From NCBI GenBank assembly GCA_038891615.1, contig JAWADY010000002.1, forward strand, positions 64,994 to 128,993: 64,000 nt of DNA, written 5' to 3'. Shown in pieces: positions 44,313-53,451 of the stretch. The stretch's first letter is position 1. Each line of letters begins with the position of its first letter. The position numbers and the translations under genes are program-made. Below the pieces are notes generated by a model, which was not told where the DNA came from, did no database searches, and was given only the letters and a program-made list of their open reading frames with translations. The stretch comes from Candidatus Woesearchaeota archaeon (lineage in GTDB: Archaea; Nanobdellota; Nanobdellia; Woesearchaeales; ARS49).

Positions 44313-45506
44313 ATGCTAATTGGTCTTGTTGGTAAGCCTTCTGCTGGCAAAAGCACTTTCTTTAAGGCACTAACTCTCGCGGAAGTTGCCATTGCACCGT
44401 ATCCTTTCACCACGATAAAACCAAATGAGGGCGTTGGTTTTGTTCGAGTTGATTGTGTTGAAAAGGAATTTGGGGTTGCCTGCAATCCTCGCGAGGGTTA
44501 TTGTAGCAATGGCATTCGTTTTGTTCCAATCAAATTGATGGATGTTGCCGGGCTTGTGCCAGGCGCGCATCTTGGGAAAGGACTTGGGCTTCAATTTCTT
44601 GACGACCTTAGGCAGGCAGAATGCCTTATACATATTGTTGATGCTTCTGGAAGCACGAATGAAAAAGGCGAGGTTGTTGCTCCAGGGAGCTACGACCCTT
44701 CATATGACATAAAATTTCTTGAGCATGAGCTTGACATGTGGTTTCTTGAAATCATAAAGCGTGGTTGGGAAAAGGTTGCCAAGCTATCTCAACAGACAAA
44801 AAAAGAAGTTTCTACAATTCTTGCAAGACAACTCTCTGGTTTGAATGTGAGTGAAGAGCTTGTCAGGGAACTTATATCAAAACTTGGTCTAGACCCTCTT
44901 TCTCCCATGTCCTGGAGCGAAGAAGTTCTTCACAGCCTTGCTATTGATCTTCGTAAAAGGACAAAACCCCTACTCATCGCAGCAAACAAGGCAGACATTC
45001 CTGAATCTGAAAAGAATATAAAGAGGATGGTTGAGCTCTTTCCAGATAAGGAAGTGGTTCCATGCTCTGCAGAAGCAGAGCTCGCGCTCAAAGAAGCAGC
45101 AAAGGCAGGTTTAATAAAATACTTGCCAGGCAGCAGTGATTTTGAAGTTGTTGGAAAGCTTAACGATAAACAGGCCGCTGCACTTGAATTTATTAGACAG
45201 AATGTGCTTAAAAAGTACGGAAGTACGGGTGTACAACAAACTCTTGATGATGCTGTATTCAAACTTCTTGGTTACATTGCAGTATTTCCTGGTGGTGTAA
45301 ACAAACTTGCAGACCAATTTGGGCGTGTTCTTCCGGATTGTTTTCTCATGCCAAAAAACAGCACAGCACTTGACTTTGCATTCAGAATTCATACAGATCT
45401 TGGAAAGGCGTTTGTAAGAGCAGTTGATGTGCGCTCGAAAAAAACAATTGGTAAAGACTATTTGCTAAAGCACAGGGATGTCATTGAGATTGTTGCAAAG
45501 GCATAG
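44313..45506 (+). CDS. Obg-family GTPase (YchF/Ygr210-like) with a C-terminal TGS domain
   Basis: Motifs are G1 GKPSAGKST, G3 DVAGL and G4 NKAD. The C-terminal beta-grasp is ...KDYLLKHRDVIEIV. Confidence 0.85.
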   Translation: MLIGLVGKPSAGKSTFFKALTLAEVAIAPYPFTTIKPNEGVGFVRVDCVEKEFGVACNPREGYCSNGIRFVPIKLMDVAGLVPGAHLGKGLGLQFLDDLRQAECLIHIVDASGSTNEKGEVVAPGSYDPSYDIKFLEHELDMWFLEIIKRGWEKVAKLSQQTKKEVSTILARQLSGLNVSEELVRELISKLGLDPLSPMSWSEEVLHSLAIDLRKRTKPLLIAANKADIPESEKNIKRMVELFPDKEVVPCSAEAELALKEAAKAGLIKYLPGSSDFEVVGKLNDKQAAALEFIRQNVLKKYGSTGVQQTLDDAVFKLLGYIAVFPGGVNKLADQFGRVLPDCFLMPKNSTALDFAFRIHTDLGKAFVRAVDVRSKKTIGKDYLLKHRDVIEIVAKA

Positions 45507-45550
45507 TTGCAAAACTTTCAGCCCCTTCAAAACGCATTTGTCAGACCCAT

Positions 45551-46705
45551 CTAAACTTTGAAAAGCCTTTCATGCAGCTTGCTAAAAGCTTTTAATCGCT
45601 CAAGAAATCGGTGCCATGCGCGCCTAGGAATACGCGCTCCCGCTGCCGGGATGTGGCCTCCAGCTGCTGCTTGAGCAATCCCTCGCACAGCCCGGTCAAG
45701 GAGTGCATTAACCTTTACTTTTTTGTCACTCCTTCTTCCGCTGACATCCCACCAGCCATCAGCACGCCGATAAACGATGAGCGTACGGTGAGGGTGCCTA
45801 AAGGCTGCTATTGTGCTAAGCGTAGAAGAGATTTTGAGTGGTGAACTTGCATCATAAAAAACTATTTCTCCAGGAGGAGTATTTCTCACAGCAATGTCAA
45901 ACCTTTTTAAGTGGCCCTTCAACTCATCATTCATTTTCTTTGTAATGAGTTTGAATGCGTTTATAATCTCCAAAGGGCTCTTTGCATCATAGACAACCTT
46001 CCAACATTTTTTTACACCATCTTTGCTGTACTTTATTGCTGATTGGATTGCATTGGCCGCCTTTCCAAAAGCACTCCTCCACACATCCTTTCCAATCCTA
46101 AGTCTTTTTTTGGCCGCAGCCTTTTGAACAAAGCCCTTCCAACAATTATAACCTGCATCCGCAACAATTCCTATTGCTGCAATCCAATCAAACGAAGAAA
46201 TGTCAGCAACGGTCATTCCAAAATCGTATGCAAGTTTTGAGCTGCAATAGCTCGCAGCCTCTTTTGTTGAGAAAAGCTGCGGTTTTATCAAAAGACCATT
46301 TTTAATTGTTTTTGAGTACAAAGGGTGATGGTCAAGGATAAGAAGCCTTGCAAAACTTGAGATGCTTTTTACGATATTCTTTAGTTGATCAAGCGCAAGG
46401 TCTGTTGTTATAACCATGCTAATCCTTGCTCTTTTTAGTTTTGAAATTGTTGCTTTGTTTGGTCTTCGTTCAGGTTCTGAAATAACAAGTTCTGGTGACC
46501 TTCCCCTCACCGCTTCAATGAGTTTCGAAATGATTACTGCAGAGCACAGCCCATCAGGGTCTGCATCATGAATTATTGCAACCCTTCTTCCTCGTGTTGA
46601 AGCAAGGAATCTTACAAAGCTACTCTCCAGCCTTTCACGAACCTTTTCAAGCGATTTATGCTTTCTTGTCATATCCTCTCTTGCGTTTGAACGCAAATAT
46701 GCCAA
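45551..46705 (-). CDS. DHH-family phosphoesterase (RecJ-like)
   Basis: Motifs are IIHDADPDGLCS and LILDHHP. The track start is a TTG; the ATG at 46672 is an alternative. Confidence 0.8.
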   Translation of the reverse strand: MAYLRSNAREDMTRKHKSLEKVRERLESSFVRFLASTRGRRVAIIHDADPDGLCSAVIISKLIEAVRGRSPELVISEPERRPNKATISKLKRARISMVITTDLALDQLKNIVKSISSFARLLILDHHPLYSKTIKNGLLIKPQLFSTKEAASYCSSKLAYDFGMTVADISSFDWIAAIGIVADAGYNCWKGFVQKAAAKKRLRIGKDVWRSAFGKAANAIQSAIKYSKDGVKKCWKVVYDAKSPLEIINAFKLITKKMNDELKGHLKRFDIAVRNTPPGEIVFYDASSPLKISSTLSTIAAFRHPHRTLIVYRRADGWWDVSGRRSDKKVKVNALLDRAVRGIAQAAAGGHIPAAGARIPRRAWHRFLERLKAFSKLHERLFKV

Positions 46706-46736
46706 AATGACAGCTTGTCAACTCTTGGCAGTGCTT

Positions 46737-47123
46737 TCAAGAATCACTGCCTTTTTTTCTCATACGCTCAAAAGTCGCAGCGATATCAATTATGTACTTC
46801 CCATCAGCAACTTTAAATATCAATGGCTCATTTTTAAAAAGCCTTACGAGGTCTAGTTCGTACTTTCCTGGCTTCAGAACATTAATGCTCTCCAAGTCAA
46901 GCACAACTGGTTTTTCTGGCTCTTCAAGTCCTATAATTTTGAAGATGTCAGATTCGATTTCTTTCTTTTCCTTTTCTGAAAGAGGGCTCGCTGGCCCTTC
47001 TGGTTGCTTCAGCTTTTCTTTCTTTATGAAAAAGAAAAGCTTCCCACCACAGGAACAACCCTTTAGTATCGCAGAAGAGCCATCATCGTAGAACGTATTG
47101 CACCGTACGCATTGGTGTGGCAT
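46737..47123 (-). CDS. Zn-ribbon-containing protein (archaeal DUF2072-like)
   Basis: The N-terminus is CVRCNTFY...CSCGG. It belongs to a conserved three-gene unit with the two upstream genes. Confidence 0.65.
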   Translation of the reverse strand: MPHQCVRCNTFYDDGSSAILKGCSCGGKLFFFIKKEKLKQPEGPASPLSEKEKKEIESDIFKIIGLEEPEKPVVLDLESINVLKPGKYELDLVRLFKNEPLIFKVADGKYIIDIAATFERMRKKGSDS

Positions 47124-47126
47124 TTG

Positions 47127-47507
47127 CTATCTTTTTTTCCTCTTTTCTTGTGTAAAAAGTTCAATTTTGTGAGGGTCTTTCTTTATCTTCTTGACTATGC
47201 TGGCTGGCCCGATTATGGTCATTCCCTGCCTGTTTCCCAAAAGAAAGCTAAGGACGTTTTCGCGGAATTTCTTAATTCCTGAGAAGTTGCCTTGTTGAGG
47301 ATTTATAACTGCAAGCTCTATCCCTTTGAAATCCTTATTTATCTCTTCCATTGTTGCTTTTATAAGTTCAGCCTCTTCGTCCTTCGATAATCTCCCCTGA
47401 AAAAGAACTATCTTGTCTTCTTTTGCGACATTTAACAACTTTCTTATTCTTCCAACAGAGCTAAGCTGTTCAAGCTCACTATATGGAATGAATTGCAGGG
47501 TCACCAT
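47127..47507 (-). CDS. conserved archaeal protein (DUF2073-like)
   Basis: Assignment rests on recalled family resemblance and its conserved position between the GTPase and the Zn-ribbon genes. Confidence 0.55.
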   Translation of the reverse strand: MVTLQFIPYSELEQLSSVGRIRKLLNVAKEDKIVLFQGRLSKDEEAELIKATMEEINKDFKGIELAVINPQQGNFSGIKKFRENVLSFLLGNRQGMTIIGPASIVKKIKKDPHKIELFTQEKRKKR

Positions 47508-47508
47508 C

Positions 47509-48147
47509 TTATTTTCTCAGAAGCTCGTATAATTTTTCATAAAACTCGTTAATGTTCTTGCCATATTTTGCAGATATGCCAATAACATCGTATTGAGGAA
47601 AGGCTGTCTGAACCCTTTTCAGCTTGGCACGCTTGAGGTCTATCTTGTTTGCAGCGATTAGCACAGGTATTTTTCGAGCAGCAAGGTTCCCAACTATTGT
47701 TATGTTAACTTGTGAATAAGGGTCCTGAGTTGCATCTAATACGAGTACAACCCCGTCAACATCATCCAGCCACTTTATTGCTTCTATCACTCCTTTTGTT
47801 GCTTCGCGCGCCCTGCGCTTCGCTTTTGATTCAGGCAGCCCACTTTTGATGAAATCCTCATAATCTATTCTTGTTGCAATCCCTGGCGTATCAACAAGAC
47901 TAAATTGCAGTTCCTTGCCCTTCTTTAGTTTTATTACAATTCGCTCTTTTACATTGACCTCTCTTGTTTCGTGCGGAACTGGACTGACCTTTCCCATTTC
48001 TTTGCCAATCCAGTCCAAGCATATCTTGTTCGCAAGAGTTGTTTTCCCTGAATTTGGAGGACCATAAAGGCCAAGTTTAAGGGACTGTCTTCTTTTGAAA
48101 AGCTCGCCAAAAAGACCTCCGAAAACGCTCTTCAACAGCTTTAACAT
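47509..48147 (-). CDS. small GTP-binding protein
   Basis: Motifs are G1 GPPNSGKTT, G3 DTPG and G4 NKID. Confidence 0.85.
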   Translation of the reverse strand: MLKLLKSVFGGLFGELFKRRQSLKLGLYGPPNSGKTTLANKICLDWIGKEMGKVSPVPHETREVNVKERIVIKLKKGKELQFSLVDTPGIATRIDYEDFIKSGLPESKAKRRAREATKGVIEAIKWLDDVDGVVLVLDATQDPYSQVNITIVGNLAARKIPVLIAANKIDLKRAKLKRVQTAFPQYDVIGISAKYGKNINEFYEKLYELLRK

Positions 48148-48243
48148 CTCTGCACCGCTTTTGCAATAAACAAAATAGGTTTTTATTTAAAACTTTCTAA
48201 AGAGAAAAATAAAAACTCAAGGCAAGAGAAGAAGTCAAATGCT

Positions 48244-48471
48244 TTAGCGACCCCGCGCCATCTTTGCCCTTGAGATATCTCCCTTTTTGTCAATGAAATA
48301 AAGATAACCTGGCTCTTTTTTGACTCCAACTTTCGCGACAAGCTCAGGCTTTCCTCCACGCCCCTTCCTGCCCCGTGCCATCTTGACCCTACTGACATTT
48401 CCCTTTTTGTCAACAAAATAAAGATATCCTTCTGCTTTTTTGACACCAACTTTTGCAACCTTTTCAGCCAT
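48244..48471 (-). CDS. highly basic 75-aa protein made of two tandem ~40-aa repeats
   Basis: The sequence is MAEK[VAKVGVKKAEGYLYFVDKKGNVSRVKMARGR]KGRGGKPEL[VAKVGVKKEPGYLYFIDKKGDISRAKMARGR]. The ATG at 48471 is preceded by an SD-like GGGGGT; the track start at 48477 is a TTG. Confidence 0.65.
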   Translation of the reverse strand: MAEKVAKVGVKKAEGYLYFVDKKGNVSRVKMARGRKGRGGKPELVAKVGVKKEPGYLYFIDKKGDISRAKMARGR

Positions 48472-48562
48472 TTTCAACCCCCTTTAATTTTCTTTTCAAA
48501 TCGACGATAAAAGCGTCTTTGAAGCAAGAAACAGTTCTAGTTTATAAAGTTTGCGTCTTTCT

Positions 48563-48787
48563 TCATCCCTTACTTTTGCGTGCTTTCATTCGTGGTTTTA
48601 GGTGGGCTATTTTGTGCCTCTCTTTTCCAAGGTACCATACAGGTCTCAAAAGCTTCTGAAGTTTTGCAGCAGTTTCGAGAGATTCTGTATACTCTCTAAA
48701 TATTTTCTTTCTACTATGTGGTATAAGTGGTTCTATCTTTTTTGCTTCTGCAAGTGCCAACTCAACGATAGACCTCTTTTTTGCCAT
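48563..48787 (-). CDS. small basic hypothetical protein, 74 aa
   Basis: ATG start and a K/R-rich sequence. No family recognised. Confidence 0.45.
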   Translation of the reverse strand: MAKKRSIVELALAEAKKIEPLIPHSRKKIFREYTESLETAAKLQKLLRPVWYLGKERHKIAHLKPRMKARKSKG

Positions 48788-48875
48788 TTCCTCAAATCTT
48801 AGCCTTGTATCTTTTGTATAAAAATGCTTCGGCGAAAGGCATTTATATCCTCCAGCCGTTCTTGAGGTGGGGAAA

Positions 48876-50066
48876 ATGAAATTTGCACATCTTGCAGACT
48901 GTCATATCGGTGGATGGCGTGAGCCTGTTCTCCGTGAACTGAACAACAGAGCATTTTCAGAAGCTGTTGCGCGATGCCTTGCAGAAAAGGTCGACTTTGT
49001 ACTCATAGCAGGAGACCTTTTTAACACCTCACTGCCTGCACTTGATAGTCTTAGGAGCGCTGTTGCTGGCCTTCGCGAACTGAAGGAAGCTGGAATTCCA
49101 GTTTATGCAGTTCCTGGTAGCCATGACTATAGCCCAAGTGGCAGGACGATTGTTGATGTGCTTGAGAGTGCAGGGTTGCTTGTCAATGTTGTAAACGAAG
49201 AAGCAAATTTTGTCGTAGATAAAAAGACTGGAGCAAAGCTCATAGGACTTCCTGGTTGGAAGGGTGGGCTTGACCAATCACTCTTCTCTTCAATTGACAA
49301 AAGTGCACTTGAGGCTGAAAAAGGTTTCAAGATCTTCCTATTCCACACGACGGTGAAGGAGCTGATAACAAAAGATTTTGAAATGATTCCATCTGTGCCA
49401 GCTTCAGCTTTTCCAGAAGGGTTTGACTATTATGCAGGTGGTCACATTCACATTGTCAGCAGGCACAGGTTTGGGAAGGGGTTTATGGTCTATCCAGGGC
49501 CGCTCTTTCCGAACAACTTTTCAGAGCTTGAGAAGCTGGGAGCGGGAGGATTTTTCGTATATGAAGATGGCAAGCTTGAGCATGTAAGACTCGAGCTCTG
49601 TCCTGTTCGGCCTTTAGTCTTGGATTGCAATCACAAACGGCCAGCTGAGATTTGCCAGGAGATTGCACACAGGATAGACCAGCTTGAGCTTAAAGGGGCC
49701 TTGCTGCTTGTCAGGCTTTATGGAAGCCTGGCTGGGAAATCTACAGAGATTCCTTTTAACGAGTTGTTTGCACGCGCATACGAGAAGGGTGCACTCTTTG
49801 TTCTCAAGAATTCTCATCAGCTCATAAACGAAGAACTTGCAAAGACCGAAACTGTTTCGGGAACTGTTGAGGAAATAGAACAGAGTGTGATTGAAAGCTT
49901 TTCAGGAAAAGGCCCTTTTACAAAGGAAAAAGAACGCCAGCTTCTTGCCGCCATTATGCAGGTGCTTTCTGCTGAAAAAGCCGAGGGTGAAACTACTGTT
50001 GATTTTGAGACAAGACTGAAAAAAGCCGTTGCAGGGGTCTTAGGCATAACACAGGAGGCACACTAA
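48876..50066 (+). CDS. mre11: Mre11/SbcD-family metallophosphoesterase (DNA double-strand break repair nuclease)
   Basis: Calcineurin-like motifs are present: HLADCHIG, GDLFN, PGSHD and GGHIH. The start is set to the ATG at 48876 after GAGGTGG, with TATA-like TTTATAT at ~48842. Confidence 0.8.
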   Translation: MKFAHLADCHIGGWREPVLRELNNRAFSEAVARCLAEKVDFVLIAGDLFNTSLPALDSLRSAVAGLRELKEAGIPVYAVPGSHDYSPSGRTIVDVLESAGLLVNVVNEEANFVVDKKTGAKLIGLPGWKGGLDQSLFSSIDKSALEAEKGFKIFLFHTTVKELITKDFEMIPSVPASAFPEGFDYYAGGHIHIVSRHRFGKGFMVYPGPLFPNNFSELEKLGAGGFFVYEDGKLEHVRLELCPVRPLVLDCNHKRPAEICQEIAHRIDQLELKGALLLVRLYGSLAGKSTEIPFNELFARAYEKGALFVLKNSHQLINEELAKTETVSGTVEEIEQSVIESFSGKGPFTKEKERQLLAAIMQVLSAEKAEGETTVDFETRLKKAVAGVLGITQEAH

Positions 50067-50074
50067 GAAAATTT

Positions 50075-51385
50075 CTATGGGCTTTTTCTAAGCATTGTTC
50101 GTGGAAAGGGTATTGCATCTTTTATGTTGTCAAGTCCACAAATCCACGATATGACGCGCTCGATGCCCATCCCAAATCCAGAATGTGGAACAGAGCCATA
50201 GCGTCTTGTGTCAAAATACCATTCGTAATGTTCTGGATGTTCGCCGCTCTTTTTTAGCGCTTCTTTCATTGCATTGATGTCAAGGTCTCGTTGCGAGCCT
50301 CCAATTATCTCGCCGTACCCTTCAGGCGCGAGCATGTCAAAACAGAGTGCCGTCTTAGGATCTCTTGGGTCTGCTGGCTTATAAAATGCCATTATCTCCT
50401 TTGGATAGTTCGTTACGATGAGAGGCCTGTCAAAATGCTTCATTATTTTGTTCTCTTCAATTGTCCTCAAGTCCTTGCCCCACTGCACTACCAATCCTTC
50501 TTTTTTCTTCAAAAGCTCAAGGACTTGTGTATATGTAAGCCTAGGAAAAGGTGTTTTTACCTTTTTGAGCTTCGACAGTTCTTGCCCAAGCTGTGTTAGT
50601 TCTGAGCTGTTTTCCTTTAACACAGCCTTTACAACGTGCTCAACGAGCTCTTCGGCTTGTTTAATAGCTCCGTCCAAGTCCTGCCACGCTGTTTCGACCT
50701 CTGCCATCCAGAACTCTGCAAGGTGTCTCGAGGTTTTGCTCCGTTCTGCTCTAAAGCATGGACTAATTGTGAATATCTTTTCAAGTCCAAAAATTCCTGC
50801 CTCTGCATAAAGCTGCCAACTTTGAGTAAGGTATGCAATGTCGTCAAAGTATTTTAGCTGGAAAAGGGTTGCTCCCCCTTCGCAAGCAACTGGGGTTATT
50901 ATAGGTGGAGACCATTCGTAGTAGCCTCGCTCATAGAAATAATCTCGTACCGCCTTGAGGATGGTTGAGCGAATCTTAAGGATGTTTGTTAGCTTTCTAC
51001 TTCTTAACCAAAGATGCCTCACATCGAGGAGAAACTCCTGACTAAGATCCTTTGCTATTGGGAATCTCTCTGCAATATGAACAATTTTCAGGTCTGAAAC
51101 TTTTAGCTCGTATCCTGTTGGAGCCCTTTCATCTTTTACAAGCTCGCCCTCAACAATAAGCGAGCTTTCCATTGTTACCTTTTCCGCATTACTGAATAAC
51201 TCCTTTGGCACATTTTCTTTCTTGACAACACATTGTATGATGTTGGAGCTATCTCTTAAAACAATAAACACTTTGTCCGCAAACTTCCTTTCGCGATAGC
51301 ACCAGCCTCTAAGCCTAACCTTTCCTTTACCTTTTTCAAGTGCTTCTTGTATCGAAATAATGCCGTCTTTTTCAGCTACTGCCAT
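50075..51385 (-). CDS. asnS: asparaginyl-tRNA synthetase
   Basis: A class IIb core is present, with FRAERSKTSRHLAEFWMAEVETAW (AsnRS-type motif 2 region) and GFGMGIERV (motif 3). Confidence 0.85.
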   Translation of the reverse strand: MAVAEKDGIISIQEALEKGKGKVRLRGWCYRERKFADKVFIVLRDSSNIIQCVVKKENVPKELFSNAEKVTMESSLIVEGELVKDERAPTGYELKVSDLKIVHIAERFPIAKDLSQEFLLDVRHLWLRSRKLTNILKIRSTILKAVRDYFYERGYYEWSPPIITPVACEGGATLFQLKYFDDIAYLTQSWQLYAEAGIFGLEKIFTISPCFRAERSKTSRHLAEFWMAEVETAWQDLDGAIKQAEELVEHVVKAVLKENSSELTQLGQELSKLKKVKTPFPRLTYTQVLELLKKKEGLVVQWGKDLRTIEENKIMKHFDRPLIVTNYPKEIMAFYKPADPRDPKTALCFDMLAPEGYGEIIGGSQRDLDINAMKEALKKSGEHPEHYEWYFDTRRYGSVPHSGFGMGIERVISWICGLDNIKDAIPFPRTMLRKSP

Positions 51386-51431
51386 TTTTCCTTTAAATTA
51401 AAGAACTCTTTTAAAGTTTTCCAGTCGTTCG

Positions 51432-52739
51432 TCAGGGCACAACTCGTTCTGGGTCCCTTGGAAATAGCACTCCTTCTCGGATGTTTCCAAGCCCAAGTAT
51501 GTTTTTTACAAGTCTGTCAATGCCAAGCCCGAAACCGCCATGTGGAGGCATGCCATAGCGGAATGCTTCTAGATAAAATGCAAAATCCTTCGGGTCTAGC
51601 CCTTTACCTTTCATCTGCTCAACAAGCTGGATGTAGCGATGTTCGCGTTGCCCTCCTGAAGCAAGCTCCTCTCCACCATACTCGAAGTCAAAGCTCCGTG
51701 ACAGTCCATTCTCTGCCATTATGTAGAAAGGTTTTATCTTGAATGGAAACTTTGTGATAAAGTACGCCTTTGTGCCGTACCTTTTTTTCACAAGTTCTCC
51801 CAAAAGCTTTTCGTCTTCTGCCCCTATGTCCTCGTCTTCTTTTATCTTTGAGCCAGCTTCCTTGAGCATGTCCAAGGCTTCGCTGTACCTTATCCTTGGA
51901 AATGGAAGCTGAGGAGGCTCCAAGTGAATATCAAAAAGGCCCAGCTCACGCGCGAATTCAGATTTTATTTTTCCAATAACAAAAACAAACAACCTTTCAA
52001 GAAGTCTTAGCACATCCTCTTCATCTTTTATGAATGCCATTTCGAGGTCAAAATGCGTGAACTCTGTGAGATGTCTCGTTGTATGCGATTTTTCTGCCCT
52101 AAAGCTTGGCCCTATCTCAAAGACCTTGTCAAAGCCCGAAGCAAGCACAGCCTGTTTGTACAGCTGCTGGCTTTGACTCAGAAAAACTTTTTTGCCATAG
52201 TAATTTACTTGGAAAAGGGTTGCTCCTCCCTCTGCCCCTGCACTTATGAGTTTTGGCGTTTGTATTTCAATAAAACCCTCTGAGTTAAGGAAAGCGCGGA
52301 TTGCAGCATTTAGTCCTGAACGTATTTTAAAAATTGCCAGGTTTTTTCGGTTTCTTAGATCAAGTAGTCTGTTGTCAAGCCTTTTGTCAAGGCCAGTAGG
52401 AATCTTCCCGGAGAAGTCGATTGGAAGCACTGGTTCGCTTTTACTTATTACCTCAAACTTTTCAAGAACAAGCTCTTTTTCTCCAGATTTGAGCTTTGAC
52501 TCAGCCATTTTCCCCTCTGCAACGATTACAGATTCCTTTGGGATCTTTTCAAGCTCAGACATTTTTTCAAAATCTGGAAGAGCTGTTAGCTGAATCTCCC
52601 CTTCCCTATCACGGAGCCTGACAAAAGCAATCTTTCCAATGCGTTTTATGTCAGCCGCCCACCCTGCTACTACAACTCGTGTTCCAGCAGCCTTTTTCAG
52701 CGCCTCGCTTGAATAAATCCTTCTTGCTAGATCTATCAT
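51432..52739 (-). CDS. aspS: aspartyl-tRNA synthetase (archaeal type)
   Basis: Motifs are FRAEKSHTTRHLTEFTHFDLEMAF and GFGLGIDRL, preceded by an N-terminal OB fold. Confidence 0.85.
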   Translation of the reverse strand: MIDLARRIYSSEALKKAAGTRVVVAGWAADIKRIGKIAFVRLRDREGEIQLTALPDFEKMSELEKIPKESVIVAEGKMAESKLKSGEKELVLEKFEVISKSEPVLPIDFSGKIPTGLDKRLDNRLLDLRNRKNLAIFKIRSGLNAAIRAFLNSEGFIEIQTPKLISAGAEGGATLFQVNYYGKKVFLSQSQQLYKQAVLASGFDKVFEIGPSFRAEKSHTTRHLTEFTHFDLEMAFIKDEEDVLRLLERLFVFVIGKIKSEFARELGLFDIHLEPPQLPFPRIRYSEALDMLKEAGSKIKEDEDIGAEDEKLLGELVKKRYGTKAYFITKFPFKIKPFYIMAENGLSRSFDFEYGGEELASGGQREHRYIQLVEQMKGKGLDPKDFAFYLEAFRYGMPPHGGFGLGIDRLVKNILGLGNIREGVLFPRDPERVVP

Positions 52740-53374
52740 TTTTTCCGTCCTCTGCTTCTGCCTTTGAGCCTGAGCTTCAATGCAAGGTCTTCAAGTTTTT
52801 CCAGCCCATATTTCAGGCTATCAAACTTTTTTCTTAAAGGTTGGTTTCTAAAATCAAATAGGGTCAGTTGTTCATGAATCCCTTCAACAAATGCCTTTAT
52901 CTCAAGCGCAGACCTTTCATTGCCTTTTATCACAGAATTTATGGCTTTTCGCACAAGCTCGCCCACCATATCACAAAGTCCTAGAAGATATATATCTATG
53001 TCAACGCCAAGTTCTTTGGGAGAGAAAAGTCGCTTCTCACTCGCCCAGCCATAGTAGCAGGAAGCCTCAACATACTCTTCCAGAGCCTCTGCATAAGCAC
53101 CAATCATTGCAAGATGTTTGTCACCCTTTACAAGGCTTTCTGCCTCTTTTATTCTGCTTTTTGCAACCCTTAGTGCAGCTGCTGCCGAAGCGAGGTCTTC
53201 TCTATGAAGTGCATAAATTGCCTTTTTGCTTTCCTTTAGAATATCTCTTGATTTCTTTATAAGCTCTTCGCGGGCATAATCAAAAGCCTCTAGCTTCTGC
53301 CTCATGAGCTCAAAAGTCTTTTTGTCAATCATTACTGTAGTTTGTGAGCGCAGCCCTTTTAAATCTATTGCCAC
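52736..53374 (-). CDS. translin-family nucleic-acid-binding protein
   Basis: This helical protein carries YLLGLCDMVGELVRKA (the translin signature region). The start is GTG, and the stop overlaps the aspS start by 4 nt. Confidence 0.75.
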   Translation of the reverse strand: MAIDLKGLRSQTTVMIDKKTFELMRQKLEAFDYAREELIKKSRDILKESKKAIYALHREDLASAAAALRVAKSRIKEAESLVKGDKHLAMIGAYAEALEEYVEASCYYGWASEKRLFSPKELGVDIDIYLLGLCDMVGELVRKAINSVIKGNERSALEIKAFVEGIHEQLTLFDFRNQPLRKKFDSLKYGLEKLEDLALKLRLKGRSRGRKK

Positions 53375-53399
53375 GCACTGCTCTGAAACAAAGAAAAGG

Positions 53400-53407
53400 T
53401 TTATATA
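53400..53407. promoter_or_regulatory. TATA box (TTTATATA), possibly bidirectional (translin gene leftward, six-gene operon rightward)
   Basis: It lies 26-33 nt from the GTG at 53374 on the minus strand and 45-52 nt upstream of the ATG at 53452. AGAGAGGT at 53433-53440 is a candidate SD site. Confidence 0.45.
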
Positions 53408-53451
53408 CTCTCATTCTTCAAAAAAGCAAAAAAGAGAGGTTAAAAAACCTG

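Noticed and set aside
48183-48458. 91-aa ORF in an alternative frame of the duplicated mini-protein locus
   Set aside because: The DNA duplication produces long ORFs in two frames. The frame at 48244-48471 has an SD-like site plus ATG and a coherent basic repeat, and the other frame lacks a start context. The decision is moderately confident only.
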